Origin: Lewinellaceae bacterium
GTDB taxonomy: Bacteria; Bacteroidota; Bacteroidia; Chitinophagales; Saprospiraceae
Direction: 5' to 3'
DNA: 64,000 bases
Assembly (NCBI GenBank): GCA_020636445.1
Contig: JACJXV010000016.1
Span: 1,655-65,654 of the forward strand
The notes under the pieces were generated by a model. It made no database searches. It had not been told where the DNA came from and worked only from the letters and a program-made list of their open reading frames with translations. Position numbers and translations under genes: made by a program. The number at the start of each line of letters is the position of its first letter. Within the stretch, counting starts at the first letter, position 1. Shown here piece after piece: positions 46,384-55,400 of this stretch.

Positions 46384-46810
46384 TACGGTGGGTAACCCTC
46401 CTGCACCGAAGGTTCCGGCGGGTAAAAAAATGCTCAACGGTCAACGTTATTCAGTCCAAGTCAATATCTAACATCCAATTTCCGGTTTCTAATCACGAGT
46501 GTACGGAACACCTCCAAATTCATTGTTATTCAATATGTTGTGGGCCGTATTTGGCCAGGAGTTAACTTCCTAACAATATTTCTCCTTTTTTTCTTGACAA
46601 AAAAAGGAGCAAAAAAGTCAAGGCCGGAAGCGCCAGGGCTAAAATGGACCGACGCTTGAAGGAAGGTTTGAGTCCTTCAGGAAGATATCGGTTTGAGGCA
46701 CTCCGCTGCCGGAAAAAAACTCGCCCTAGCTCCAATGATTTCACTTAACCCATTGCGATTACCGACCACAGGGTATTACCACAACCATCCACTTTGGCTC
46801 AAACAGTTTT

Positions 46811-46922
46811 TTTACCCGCCTCTGGAGGGCCGGCGGCCGCTGCGTTCGCAGAACAAGAAACTTAAGGGCCGGTCCATTTTTTAACGCCCTGCCGCTTAAT
46901 GTTTACCCGCCTATGGAGGGCC
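46811..46922. repeat. two copies of the TTTACCCGCCTNTGGAGGGCC repeat
   Basis: Copies at 46811-46831 and 46902-46922, with a third inverted copy at 60722-60742. Partial TTTACCCGCC cores occur at 51767-51778 and, inverted, at 46416-46427. Confidence 0.8.
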
Positions 46923-46966
46923 GAAAAAGATGTTCCTTTCCCAACACTTCGCGTTATGTATATCTT

Positions 46967-48279
46967 CACTAGTGTCCGGTTAAGAAAAAAAGATATAGCT
47001 AGAAGCCCAAAGAAATAAGGCGTTCCGAGCGATTTTGCTCAGGAACGATTTGAATTGGTTCGGGCAACGTGCCTTTCTCAAAAGAGAGGAAGGATGAATG
47101 CAGGCAAATATGTCTTCGCCCAGATCATCGCCTTGGTTAATCCCAAGGAATTTGCCAAGTGTGTTAAGCGCTATCAAGGTGATTATCGAGCTAGAACCCT
47201 CAAATGTTGGCAACAATTTTTAGGTCTTAGCTTCGGTCAACTCACCCAGCGAGAAAGTTTGCGTGACCTGGTAAGTTGTCTGGAAGCACATCAATCCAAA
47301 CTTTATCACTTGGGATTTTCTCAAGGCATCAGTCGAACAACATTGGCTGATGCGAATGAAAAACGAGATTGGCGCATCTATGCAGACTTTGCGCAGGTGT
47401 TGATTACTCAAGCACGCTTGGCCAATCCAGCACTAAGTTTAGAAGGTTTGTCATTCGATAACCAGATTTATGCCCTGGATTCCAGCACTATTGACTTATG
47501 CTTAGAAGTCTTTTGGTGGGCAAAATTCAGAAAGCATAAAGCGGCAATCAAATTACACACCTTACTGGATATCCGTTGCCAAATTCCTTGTTTTGTGCAC
47601 ATTACCGATGGCCTCTCCCATGATGTCAATGTGCTGGATATCCTCGACTTTGAGGCTGATGCCTTTTATGTCATGGATCGAGGCTATGTAGATTGGGCTC
47701 GTTTGCACCGAATCAACCAAGCCAGAGCTTTTTTTGTCACACGGGCCAAAAGTAATTTTGCTGCTCGACGGCTTTATTCCAAAGCGGTTGACAAGCAAAG
47801 CGGCCTAGGATGTGACCAAACCATTTGCTTGAAAAATTACCAAGCAGCTAAAGACTACCCTTCAAAGTTACGCCGAGTAAAATACTATGACCAAGAAAAC
47901 GATAAAACCCTAGTATTTTTAAGCAACAACTTTGAGGTGACAGCCATGGAGATAGCTTTACTGTACAAAAATCGCTGGCAGATCGAGCTTTTTTTTAAAT
48001 GGATTAAGCAGCATCTGCGCATCAAAGTCTTTTGGGGTGAAAGTGCCAATGCAGTCAAAACTCAAATTTGGGTCGCGGTTTGCACCTTCATCTTGGTGAA
48101 AATTTTGAAGGATAAACTTCAAATTCTACAAAGTATGAATGAAATATTACAAATTTTGAGTGTCTCGGTTTTTGATAAAACGCCTGTAAATCAGCTATTT
48201 ACAAAAACAGAGTTACAAAAACCAAATACACAATTTCCTAACCAACTGAATTTGTTCGACTTATAGCCGGACACTAGTG
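46967..48279 (+). mobile_element. IS4-family insertion sequence (1313 bp), apparently intact
   Basis: Terminal inverted repeats are CACTAGTGTCCGG (46967-46979 and, inverted, 48267-48279). A perfect 9-bp target duplication GTATATCTT lies at 46958-46966 and 48280-48288. The element has a single transposase ORF. Confidence 0.9.
47094..48266 (+). CDS. IS4-family DDE transposase (DUF4372-type N-terminus)
   Basis: The N-terminus MNAGKYVFAQIIALVNPKEFAKCVKRYQGDYRARTLKCWQQF is typical. DDE region markers are YALDSSTIDL, YVMDRGYVD and YKNRWQIELFFKWIKQ. Confidence 0.9.
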   Translation: MNAGKYVFAQIIALVNPKEFAKCVKRYQGDYRARTLKCWQQFLGLSFGQLTQRESLRDLVSCLEAHQSKLYHLGFSQGISRTTLADANEKRDWRIYADFAQVLITQARLANPALSLEGLSFDNQIYALDSSTIDLCLEVFWWAKFRKHKAAIKLHTLLDIRCQIPCFVHITDGLSHDVNVLDILDFEADAFYVMDRGYVDWARLHRINQARAFFVTRAKSNFAARRLYSKAVDKQSGLGCDQTICLKNYQAAKDYPSKLRRVKYYDQENDKTLVFLSNNFEVTAMEIALLYKNRWQIELFFKWIKQHLRIKVFWGESANAVKTQIWVAVCTFILVKILKDKLQILQSMNEILQILSVSVFDKTPVNQLFTKTELQKPNTQFPNQLNLFDL

Positions 48280-48403
48280 GTATATCTTTCCTGTATTGGA
48301 CTCCTTTAAGGATTAATAATGACTAATTTTTCCATTATCAAGACTTAAGAGCATCTTTCGTCCAATCCTGGTTTCCAATTTCCCCTATCCCAACCAGTAT
48401 GAA

Positions 48404-49291
48404 TCAGTGCTCTCCAAAATTCTTTTCTCCGGCCACAACGGCCAGGGGCAGGCGATTTTGCTGAGGAGGCAAGGGACAGGTAGCGTACTTCGTGAAGGCG
48501 CAAGGGGGATTGATGGCTCGATTGAAATCAAGTACGGTGTATCCATCGGGGCCTGGAGCTGCCGCATAGAGAAACCGTCCGGAAGCATAGGTGGTTTCTC
48601 CATTGGTTTCATCTGCAAAAAGGATGAATAGCTCATCCGCTTCCCAGACGACGTCCAACTGGTAGGTTTTTCCCTGCAGGTCGAAAATCAGATAACCCGG
48701 TGAGGTTTCCAGGGACGTCATCCCCAGCACGTTGGTAATGGGGATTTTGTGTTCTTCGGTGGCAGCAATTAAGCGGGCTTTTACCCGCCAGGTGGTATCG
48801 GGTGGGTAGCGATCAATTCCATGAAAAGCTTTTACTGCCGGATGTTCCAAATCGCGCAGGCGAACCCCAAAGCGGTCGCCACGCCGAATGATAAACCACC
48901 GCAGGGATTGATGAGCCAGGACTACCGGAGTTCCATTTTCCCCACTGGGGTAGAGGCGTTTTTCGCTTATATCGATCCCTTCGTACTGGATGGAAACCCC
49001 GTCAGCGGCGGTAAAGTTGACCGCTTCGTCTGCCAGGTGGAAGGTTCCCAGAAAAGCAGCTCCCTTGGGGAATACCACATCATTAGTTGGATCACTGCCC
49101 ACTGTATTGATGCCTGGTTTTAGCCAGAGTAATCCGGCCAGGTTTAACCAACCGGTTTCACTCCGCAGGGCATCTTCCCGCTGTTGAATCCATTCCTGCG
49201 TAGCTGCGGTATAGGTGTTTTGTCCAGTGACCGTATATGGTAATAGCCAACTGGCCACCAGGAGCAGGGTAATTCCAGGCAAGGTGCGCAT
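48404..49291 (-). CDS. DUF1684 domain-containing protein
   Basis: The C-terminal CAFTKYATCPLPPQQNRLPLAVVAGEKNF matches the DUF1684 signature. The ATG at 49291 is preferred over the TTG at 49309. Confidence 0.8.
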   Translation of the reverse strand: MRTLPGITLLLVASWLLPYTVTGQNTYTAATQEWIQQREDALRSETGWLNLAGLLWLKPGINTVGSDPTNDVVFPKGAAFLGTFHLADEAVNFTAADGVSIQYEGIDISEKRLYPSGENGTPVVLAHQSLRWFIIRRGDRFGVRLRDLEHPAVKAFHGIDRYPPDTTWRVKARLIAATEEHKIPITNVLGMTSLETSPGYLIFDLQGKTYQLDVVWEADELFILFADETNGETTYASGRFLYAAAPGPDGYTVLDFNRAINPPCAFTKYATCPLPPQQNRLPLAVVAGEKNFGEH

Positions 49292-49509
49292 CGCTAGATT
49301 TTTCTTCAAAATAAGTGTTTTTCAGAAAATGAATGACCTTTCCCATTTGATCACTGATATTGCTGGAACTGAAGGTGGTGAGGAACAGTCCCTGCCGGCC
49401 AAAACTCTTCCCATAATTCAGGAAGGATGTGCCTTTTTAAAGATACTTTGTACTTTTCCGGTTATTATTGCATGACCTTTTGCTAACCCAATCTGCCTCT
49501 TGTCCAGCT

Positions 49510-51132
49510 ATGATCAACTTTTCTTTTGTCAAAAAACTCCGTTGGTGGCATTATGCTGTTTTTCCAGCAAGCATTGCCTTTTTTCCCCTGACATCAACGG
49601 ATTGGGACCTTCCAGAGGAAACCTTGACCACTCGAGTAGTTGCTCAACAGCCCCTTTCTCAGGTAACAGATTCCCTTACCGCTGCAGAAAGACCCAATAT
49701 CATTATCCTTATGGCCGATGACCTGGGTAAAACGGATATATCCTGGTATGGTAGTCCACATCTCCAAACACCTAATATTGATAGTATTGGTCGTCGTGGG
49801 GTAACCTTTACGGAGGGGTATGTCAGTTCTCCAATCTGTGCACCTTCCCGCGCCTCCTTACTTACCGGGCGTTACCAGCAGCGGTTTGGCTTTGAGTACC
49901 AACCACACGACCGTTACCCGCACAACTTGCTGGAATATGCCGTGTATCAGTATTTCCTCGATGACGATGAGTGGAATGTAACTCCTCAGTTTCGTTTTCC
50001 CAACCAAGATGCCATTCGCCGCCAAGGATTACCACCGGGAGAGCTAACGCTGGCAGAAGCTTTGCAACAGCAAGGATATTACACCGGTATTCTGGGTAAA
50101 TGGCACTTGGGAGAAGGGAAAACGAGTCGGCCTAACGCCCGGGGGTTTGCGTACCAGTTTGGGTTTTATGAAGCCTTTTCCCTTTACTATCCCGACCTCA
50201 GTGATACCAAAATCGTTAACCAGCAGTTGACAGATTTCTCAGATCCCTACATCTGGAAAAAGGGCCGTCAGGGTAGTTGTGCGATTCGCCGCAATGATGT
50301 AGTCATTGCCGACACCGCCTATCTTACGGATCGGATCGCCCAGGAAGCTTCCCAGTTCATTCGACAACATCGCGATGAGCCCTTTTTCCTCTATGTACCT
50401 TTTTCTGCTCCGCATACCCCATTCCAGGCGCCCAAGGCTTACGTTGACCGGTTTGCTGCAGAGCCAGACCCTGTAAAGCGAATCTATTACGCCATGATTG
50501 CTGCCCTCGATGACGGGGTGGGGGAGATCATGGCTACCCTGCGCGAAGAAGGTTTGTCTGACAACACTATTGTTTGGTTTCTGAGTGACAACGGCGGAGC
50601 TACTTATACGCTGGCTACCGATAATGCACCGCTTAAGGGTGGAAAATTTACTCATTTTGAGGGGGGCATCAATGTGCCCTTCATGGTGCAATGGCCCGGG
50701 CATCTGCCTGCGGGAGTTACCTACCGTGAACCTGTGATGGCTTTTGATATTTTCACGACTACTCTTGCAGTTACGGGCACTCCAGTGCCCAAAACAAATC
50801 CTTTGGATGGGGTTAACTTACTTCCCTTTTTGCAGGAGGACACTACGGCAGTTCCCCACCCGACCCTTTATTGGCGCTCGGATATGGCCTGGGCAATCCG
50901 CCAGGGCTCCTGGAAGCTTATTGGCGATGATCGCAGTGGCGCAAGGGCCCTATACCAACTGGATACGGACAAAGAAGAACGACATAATCGCTACCAGGGG
51001 CACCCGGAGGTGGTGGCCAACCTTTTGGAAACCTACGCCCAGTGGAATGCTACCCTGGCGAAACCCCGGTGGCCGCGGGTAATGGATTTTCGCTACGCCA
51101 CCGATGCCGGTACATTTTGGTTTCCCCTATAA
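49510..51132 (+). CDS. arylsulfatase (S1 formylglycine-dependent sulfatase)
   Basis: Signature SSPICAPSRASLLTGRY plus MADDLGKTD. The ATG at 49510 is preferred over the track start at 49468. Confidence 0.9.
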   Translation: MINFSFVKKLRWWHYAVFPASIAFFPLTSTDWDLPEETLTTRVVAQQPLSQVTDSLTAAERPNIIILMADDLGKTDISWYGSPHLQTPNIDSIGRRGVTFTEGYVSSPICAPSRASLLTGRYQQRFGFEYQPHDRYPHNLLEYAVYQYFLDDDEWNVTPQFRFPNQDAIRRQGLPPGELTLAEALQQQGYYTGILGKWHLGEGKTSRPNARGFAYQFGFYEAFSLYYPDLSDTKIVNQQLTDFSDPYIWKKGRQGSCAIRRNDVVIADTAYLTDRIAQEASQFIRQHRDEPFFLYVPFSAPHTPFQAPKAYVDRFAAEPDPVKRIYYAMIAALDDGVGEIMATLREEGLSDNTIVWFLSDNGGATYTLATDNAPLKGGKFTHFEGGINVPFMVQWPGHLPAGVTYREPVMAFDIFTTTLAVTGTPVPKTNPLDGVNLLPFLQEDTTAVPHPTLYWRSDMAWAIRQGSWKLIGDDRSGARALYQLDTDKEERHNRYQGHPEVVANLLETYAQWNATLAKPRWPRVMDFRYATDAGTFWFPL

Positions 51133-51142
51133 ATTCAATTCT

Positions 51143-51694
51143 ATGCCAAAACAAGATGCCAGGGATTACCTTTTTTGTTCGGCACGTCTGGGATTTCGGG
51201 CATGGCGGGAAACGGATTTAGATGCATTGACGGCCCTGAATGCCGACCCGGAGGTCATGCGTTTTTTCCCGGGCACGCTTACCCGGGAGGAAAGTGCAGG
51301 ATTCCTGCACCGGATGATGGCCAGCCAGGAAGAAGATGGTTTTTGTTACTTCGCTGCCGAATTGCGGACAACAGGAACCTGGGTAGGATTTATTGGGTTA
51401 CTCAGGCAAACCTATCCGGCACCTTTTACGCCTTGTGTTGATATAGGCTGGAGATTGTTGCCTGCTGCCTGGGGGCAGGGATTAGCTACCGAGGGGGCCT
51501 CCACCTGCCTGACTTATGGATTTAAAGAATTAGGGCTACCGGAAATCGTAGCTGTAACGCCACAGCTTAATCAGCCCTCTATTCGGGTAATGGAGAAGAG
51601 CGGAATGCGCTATTGGCTCACTTTTGACCACCCAAAAATAGCTGTGGACTCCCCCCTGCGGACTTGTGTTGTTTACCGCTCAATTCAGGGATAG
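51143..51694 (+). CDS. GNAT family N-acetyltransferase (RimJ/RimL-like)
   Basis: LGFRAWRETDLDAL...WGQGLATEG acetyl-CoA-binding pattern. The ATG at 51143 lies just after the sulfatase stop at 51132. Confidence 0.8.
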   Translation: MPKQDARDYLFCSARLGFRAWRETDLDALTALNADPEVMRFFPGTLTREESAGFLHRMMASQEEDGFCYFAAELRTTGTWVGFIGLLRQTYPAPFTPCVDIGWRLLPAAWGQGLATEGASTCLTYGFKELGLPEIVAVTPQLNQPSIRVMEKSGMRYWLTFDHPKIAVDSPLRTCVVYRSIQG

Positions 51695-51748
51695 AGATCT
51701 GTCAAAGTTGGAATAGTTGTATTCTGTTTCGCCGAAAAGGAACTACTG

Positions 51749-51885
51749 CCAATTTCTAATTTCCAATTTTTACCCGCCGAAATTTTAGTGCAGGCGGGTC
51801 CTTCGCAAGGCGAAGCCCGCCATAGGCGGACAAGCTTAGCGTAGGCTGGTCTTCCTTCGCCCGCCGAAACTTTAGTGCAGGCGGG
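51749..51885. repeat. REP-like block: CCAATTTC motif plus three GC-rich hairpins
   Basis: CCAATTTCTAATTTCCAATTTTT at 51749-51771. CCCGCCGAAAYTTTAGTGCAGGCGGG occurs twice (51773-51798 and 51860-51885). CCGCC-ata-GGCGG lies at 51817-51829. Confidence 0.85.
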
Positions 51886-51932
51886 ACTCTTCACCAAATC
51901 ACCATCGCAATCCAGCAGCTTTAAACTTGGCA

Positions 51933-52298
51933 TTAGTTACCCCGAAACAGCACGCCGGTACTGGGAGTTTCCTTGACCTCCACACAGGTGAGCAGGGGGA
52001 TCTGAGGTTTCACCTGATCCCAAATCCAGCTGGCAATCATTTCCGCAGTGGGGTTTTCCAGCCCTTCAATATCATTGAGGCAGCGGTGGTCCAGCCGGTC
52101 TTCAAGGTCTTTCCAGACGCTTTTGAGGTCGCCAAAATCCATTACCCAGCCCAGCTTGGGGTCAATCGGGCCGGTAACGGTGAAGCGCACGTAATAGGTA
52201 TGTCCGTGCATCCGGGCACACTTGTGATCCGCCGGCACATTGGGGAGGAAATGGGCGGCATCAAAACTAAACTCTTTGTAAATATCTACTACAGCCAT
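51933..52298 (-). CDS. queD: 6-carboxy-5,6,7,8-tetrahydropterin synthase
   Basis: FSFDAAHFLP...HKCARMHGHTY pattern of the PTPS/QueD family. The start at Met 52298 gives about 121 aa. Confidence 0.9.
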   Translation of the reverse strand: MAVVDIYKEFSFDAAHFLPNVPADHKCARMHGHTYYVRFTVTGPIDPKLGWVMDFGDLKSVWKDLEDRLDHRCLNDIEGLENPTAEMIASWIWDQVKPQIPLLTCVEVKETPSTGVLFRGN

Positions 52299-52361
52299 GG
52301 TAGGTCCTGCGTTTACTGACCGCAAGTATACGCTTTCAACAGGGAAAGGGCAATCCTACCT

Positions 52362-54443
52362 TCACTTTTTTCCGGCATCACCTCCCCATTGGTAGAGAAG
52401 TTGTAAGGTCAGCTGGGTTCTTCGGCCACCGGGGATGGCGTCGGGGCCCGAGCCAATTTCCGATTGGTTTAGCCAAAGAGTTTGGGCAACACGACCTTCT
52501 ATTGTAAAAGCGGCAGCCGGGCGGTAACGCACCCGCGTATACCATCGCCACCCCCGATGGTAATAAGGAAGTATGCTGAATGCTTGTAAAACCTGGCTTT
52601 CATAGTGGTAAAAGCGTACGTTGTATCCTGGCGAATGGGTGTAGGCAATGCGGATTGCCCCGGAAAATGGTCCTACCATGGGCTGGTAAAGAAGGTCCTG
52701 CACCAGGGAATAGCCGGCTTGCCGGGAATTTCCCTCCTGATACTGGCCCCAGTCGAAGCGACAACGCCATTCCCAGTGTTTCGACCAGTGGTATTCGAGG
52801 TGCCAACGCAGTTGTTGGCGTTGGGTCAGGATAATGATTGGCTGATATTTACCTGGCGGTATTTGGGTCATTTCTTCCGTTTTTACCCGCCATTCGAGAT
52901 AGGTCAGGTAGTGGTGTCGCCGTTGGGTGGTCAGGCGGAAGCGGGATTCCCAGCCCCGGGTGGGTGCCTGCACCTGATAGCGAAGCCAGGGGTGGTGGTA
53001 GACATCCAGGTACCCCTGCCACTCCCAGGAACGCCCCCAGCGACCTACCAGGGCCAAATACAGGCCGGTTTCATTACGGGCCTGGCTTCCCTCCTCAAAG
53101 GGATCTGCCCGAAGTGCCTGATATTTCGGTGAATAATGCCGAAATACCATACTCAGGTCCATTTGGGGGTGGAGTGTCAGCAGGGCTCCTGCCAAATGAG
53201 CTCCGGCACCATTGTCACTCCAGGCACTTTCCCCGAACGCATGAATTTGCCGCCATTGCCAGGAATAATCGATACTGAACCCAGTGAGCCGCTGTCCCCG
53301 AAAATAAAACTGATTATAGAGGGCAGGGGTAGGGTCGAGGGGCCAGCGCAAACGCTCGGTCAGTGCCTGGACACCCACCTGTCCCTGGCGTACGGTATGA
53401 CTAACTCGTAAACCCATGGTTTGACGCGGAAGCACTCCTTTGCGCGCTATTTCCAGGGGCGTCCGGTGAAAACCGTCCAGCAGCAGGGAACTAGCGGCAC
53501 GTTGCCCCTCGGAATCGTCCACCAGGCGGGCATCTTCACGCAGCTGTGAGTAAAATACATGCAAATGCCAGGCAGCATTCCAGGTCCAGGTAAGGGCTGC
53601 TCCACGCAGGTATCCCCCTTCGGTAGCGGAGCGATGGGGGCGAAAAATGCGGGTAGGCCGCTTGACTTGCATCACCTGACCACTTTTCCCGACCCGGCTT
53701 CCTGCTCCGAGTAATACTCCCTGGCCAAAACTGGCGGTGAAATCGCCCAGTAAAAGCAAGGGAATCCGGCGGGAAAGATGTTGCCATTGCAGGTGGGCGG
53801 AGTAGTAATCGAATCCTTGGGGATTACTGCCGCGAAAGAAAGCCTCTCCCCGGTCCTTTTCGGCAGTTAATCCCCAGCTTAGTTTTTGGTAATAGCTTCC
53901 TTGCCAGCGCACTAAGACCTGATCGGGGTTTCCCGCCAGCGGATTGCCAGGAGTATTTGCTCCGGGTTCCAGGTAGCGCGACCAACGCAGCAATACTTGA
54001 TGCCGACTGTTGCGAAGCATACTTCCAAGTGCGGGGGTTGTGGATGAGGCATCGCGATCCAGCGTGACATAGGGCAGGAGCCGCTGGATGCTCAGGGAAT
54101 CGAAGCCTGGAATGGCCTGAAGTTCGTACAAGGAGAGGAGGGGACCGGTAGCCCGAATGTGTTGTTGTAACCGAAATAACTGGCTCGTGGTCAGGATTGG
54201 TAATTCAGTCAGGAGGCTGAGGTCGGACTGATTCAGGTTGATCGGGTGTCGTTGCAATTCGAGCAGCGCGTCCCACCAGCTGGGATAGTCGCCCTCCAAT
54301 TCCTGGAATTGATCGAGTGCAGGTAAGGTATATTCCCACGCTGGCGTTTGCGAAGTGGGGGGTTGGGGTCGACCAACAAAAAACGAGCATACCCCAAAAA
54401 GTGTTAGGGTCCAACGGGAGGCAACCCTGGAGAAGGGAATCAT
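52362..54443 (-). CDS. helix-hairpin-helix (ComEA-like) domain protein with a large beta-barrel-like C-terminal region
   Basis: Signal-like N-terminus followed by two HhH-like units (LNQSDLSLLTELPILTTSQLFRLQQHI and SLYELQAIPGFDSLSIQRLLPYV). About 550 aa of alternating aromatic/Arg-rich sequence follows. The barrel is inferred by eye only. Confidence 0.65.
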   Translation of the reverse strand: MIPFSRVASRWTLTLFGVCSFFVGRPQPPTSQTPAWEYTLPALDQFQELEGDYPSWWDALLELQRHPINLNQSDLSLLTELPILTTSQLFRLQQHIRATGPLLSLYELQAIPGFDSLSIQRLLPYVTLDRDASSTTPALGSMLRNSRHQVLLRWSRYLEPGANTPGNPLAGNPDQVLVRWQGSYYQKLSWGLTAEKDRGEAFFRGSNPQGFDYYSAHLQWQHLSRRIPLLLLGDFTASFGQGVLLGAGSRVGKSGQVMQVKRPTRIFRPHRSATEGGYLRGAALTWTWNAAWHLHVFYSQLREDARLVDDSEGQRAASSLLLDGFHRTPLEIARKGVLPRQTMGLRVSHTVRQGQVGVQALTERLRWPLDPTPALYNQFYFRGQRLTGFSIDYSWQWRQIHAFGESAWSDNGAGAHLAGALLTLHPQMDLSMVFRHYSPKYQALRADPFEEGSQARNETGLYLALVGRWGRSWEWQGYLDVYHHPWLRYQVQAPTRGWESRFRLTTQRRHHYLTYLEWRVKTEEMTQIPPGKYQPIIILTQRQQLRWHLEYHWSKHWEWRCRFDWGQYQEGNSRQAGYSLVQDLLYQPMVGPFSGAIRIAYTHSPGYNVRFYHYESQVLQAFSILPYYHRGWRWYTRVRYRPAAAFTIEGRVAQTLWLNQSEIGSGPDAIPGGRRTQLTLQLLYQWGGDAGKK

Positions 54444-54955
54444 AGCTATCCGGTTGTGAAAGTTGACAGCCCCTTTCGGTGAAAAACAACCTTGGATCCG
54501 GGTAGTAATAGTGGGTAAAAATGAGCAGGTATCTCCAGGTTAAAAATACGGCAAAATAATGTTATTGTCCAGGGGCTTTCGGGTTAAAATTACAGGAGAA
54601 GTTCATTTGTTCATGAAATTGACAATTAAGATGCACTCTTCTTCTGCGTTTGCCAGGAGATGCTCAGTACAAATAAACTATTTTAATAGTAAGATTTTCA
54701 GTGTTTTGTGATTGAATAGTGCTTGGTGACGACAACAATGCTTCGGAAAAATAAGTGTCATGAGCCCCTTGTGCTGAATAATTTTACGAGCAGAAACCAG
54801 GAATTATTTCTGGAACACTTCTCCTGCCAAACAGACCCCCTCGCGAACAAAAAAAGATTTCAGTGGTATAGCAACGATCTATACGCCAGCGATAGGGGAA
54901 ACACGACAGGAGAGGAGAAACAGGAAGATCATTATTAACGAAAAACTACCAGCTC

Positions 54956-55294
54956 ATGAAGAAAATTGAAGCTATCGTAAGGCTTTCCCGCTTCGACAAA
55001 ATTCGCGATGCTCTGGCCCAGATAGGTGTGAACTTCTTCACCTTACAGGATGTCAAAGGATTCGGGTTACAGAAGGGCGAAAAGCTCATTTACCGCGGCA
55101 GCGTGTATGACGCTGATTACATTGCCCGGCTGCAGATTGATATTTTAACCACCGACGATATGGTGGAAGACATCGTAGAGACAATCCTGGCATCGGGTAA
55201 AACCGGTGAAGTAGGGGATGGGAAAATCATTGTCTATGATGTAGAACGCGTTGTGCGGATCCGCACTGCTGAAACAGGTGCCGAAGCCCTGTAA
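54956..55294 (+). CDS. glnK: P-II nitrogen regulatory protein
   Basis: 112 aa. MKKIEAIV...VKGFGLQKGEKLIYRGSVY T-loop with a conserved Tyr, plus GDGKIIVYDVERVVRIRT. It lies directly upstream of an ammonium transporter gene. Confidence 0.95.
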   Translation: MKKIEAIVRLSRFDKIRDALAQIGVNFFTLQDVKGFGLQKGEKLIYRGSVYDADYIARLQIDILTTDDMVEDIVETILASGKTGEVGDGKIIVYDVERVVRIRTAETGAEAL

Positions 55295-55400
55295 GTCCCT
55301 TTTGGGAAGTCCAACCAAGTTGCCAAGTTATTATGCCACGTTTGCTGTCTGCCGAATTTTTGAGCAGACTCATTTTAAACATCACAAAAGAGATTGACCA

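Noticed and set aside
46365-46884. Small ORFs (66, 60 and 63 aa) in the spacer before the IS4 element
   Set aside because: They overlap the REP-like palindromes, use mixed strands and have no coding signature.
51685-52319. 82-aa minus-strand ORF over the REP block and the 130-aa plus-strand ORF antisense to queD
   Set aside because: The first is a translation of GC-rich palindromic repeats. The second is the shadow of the clearly identifiable QueD frame.
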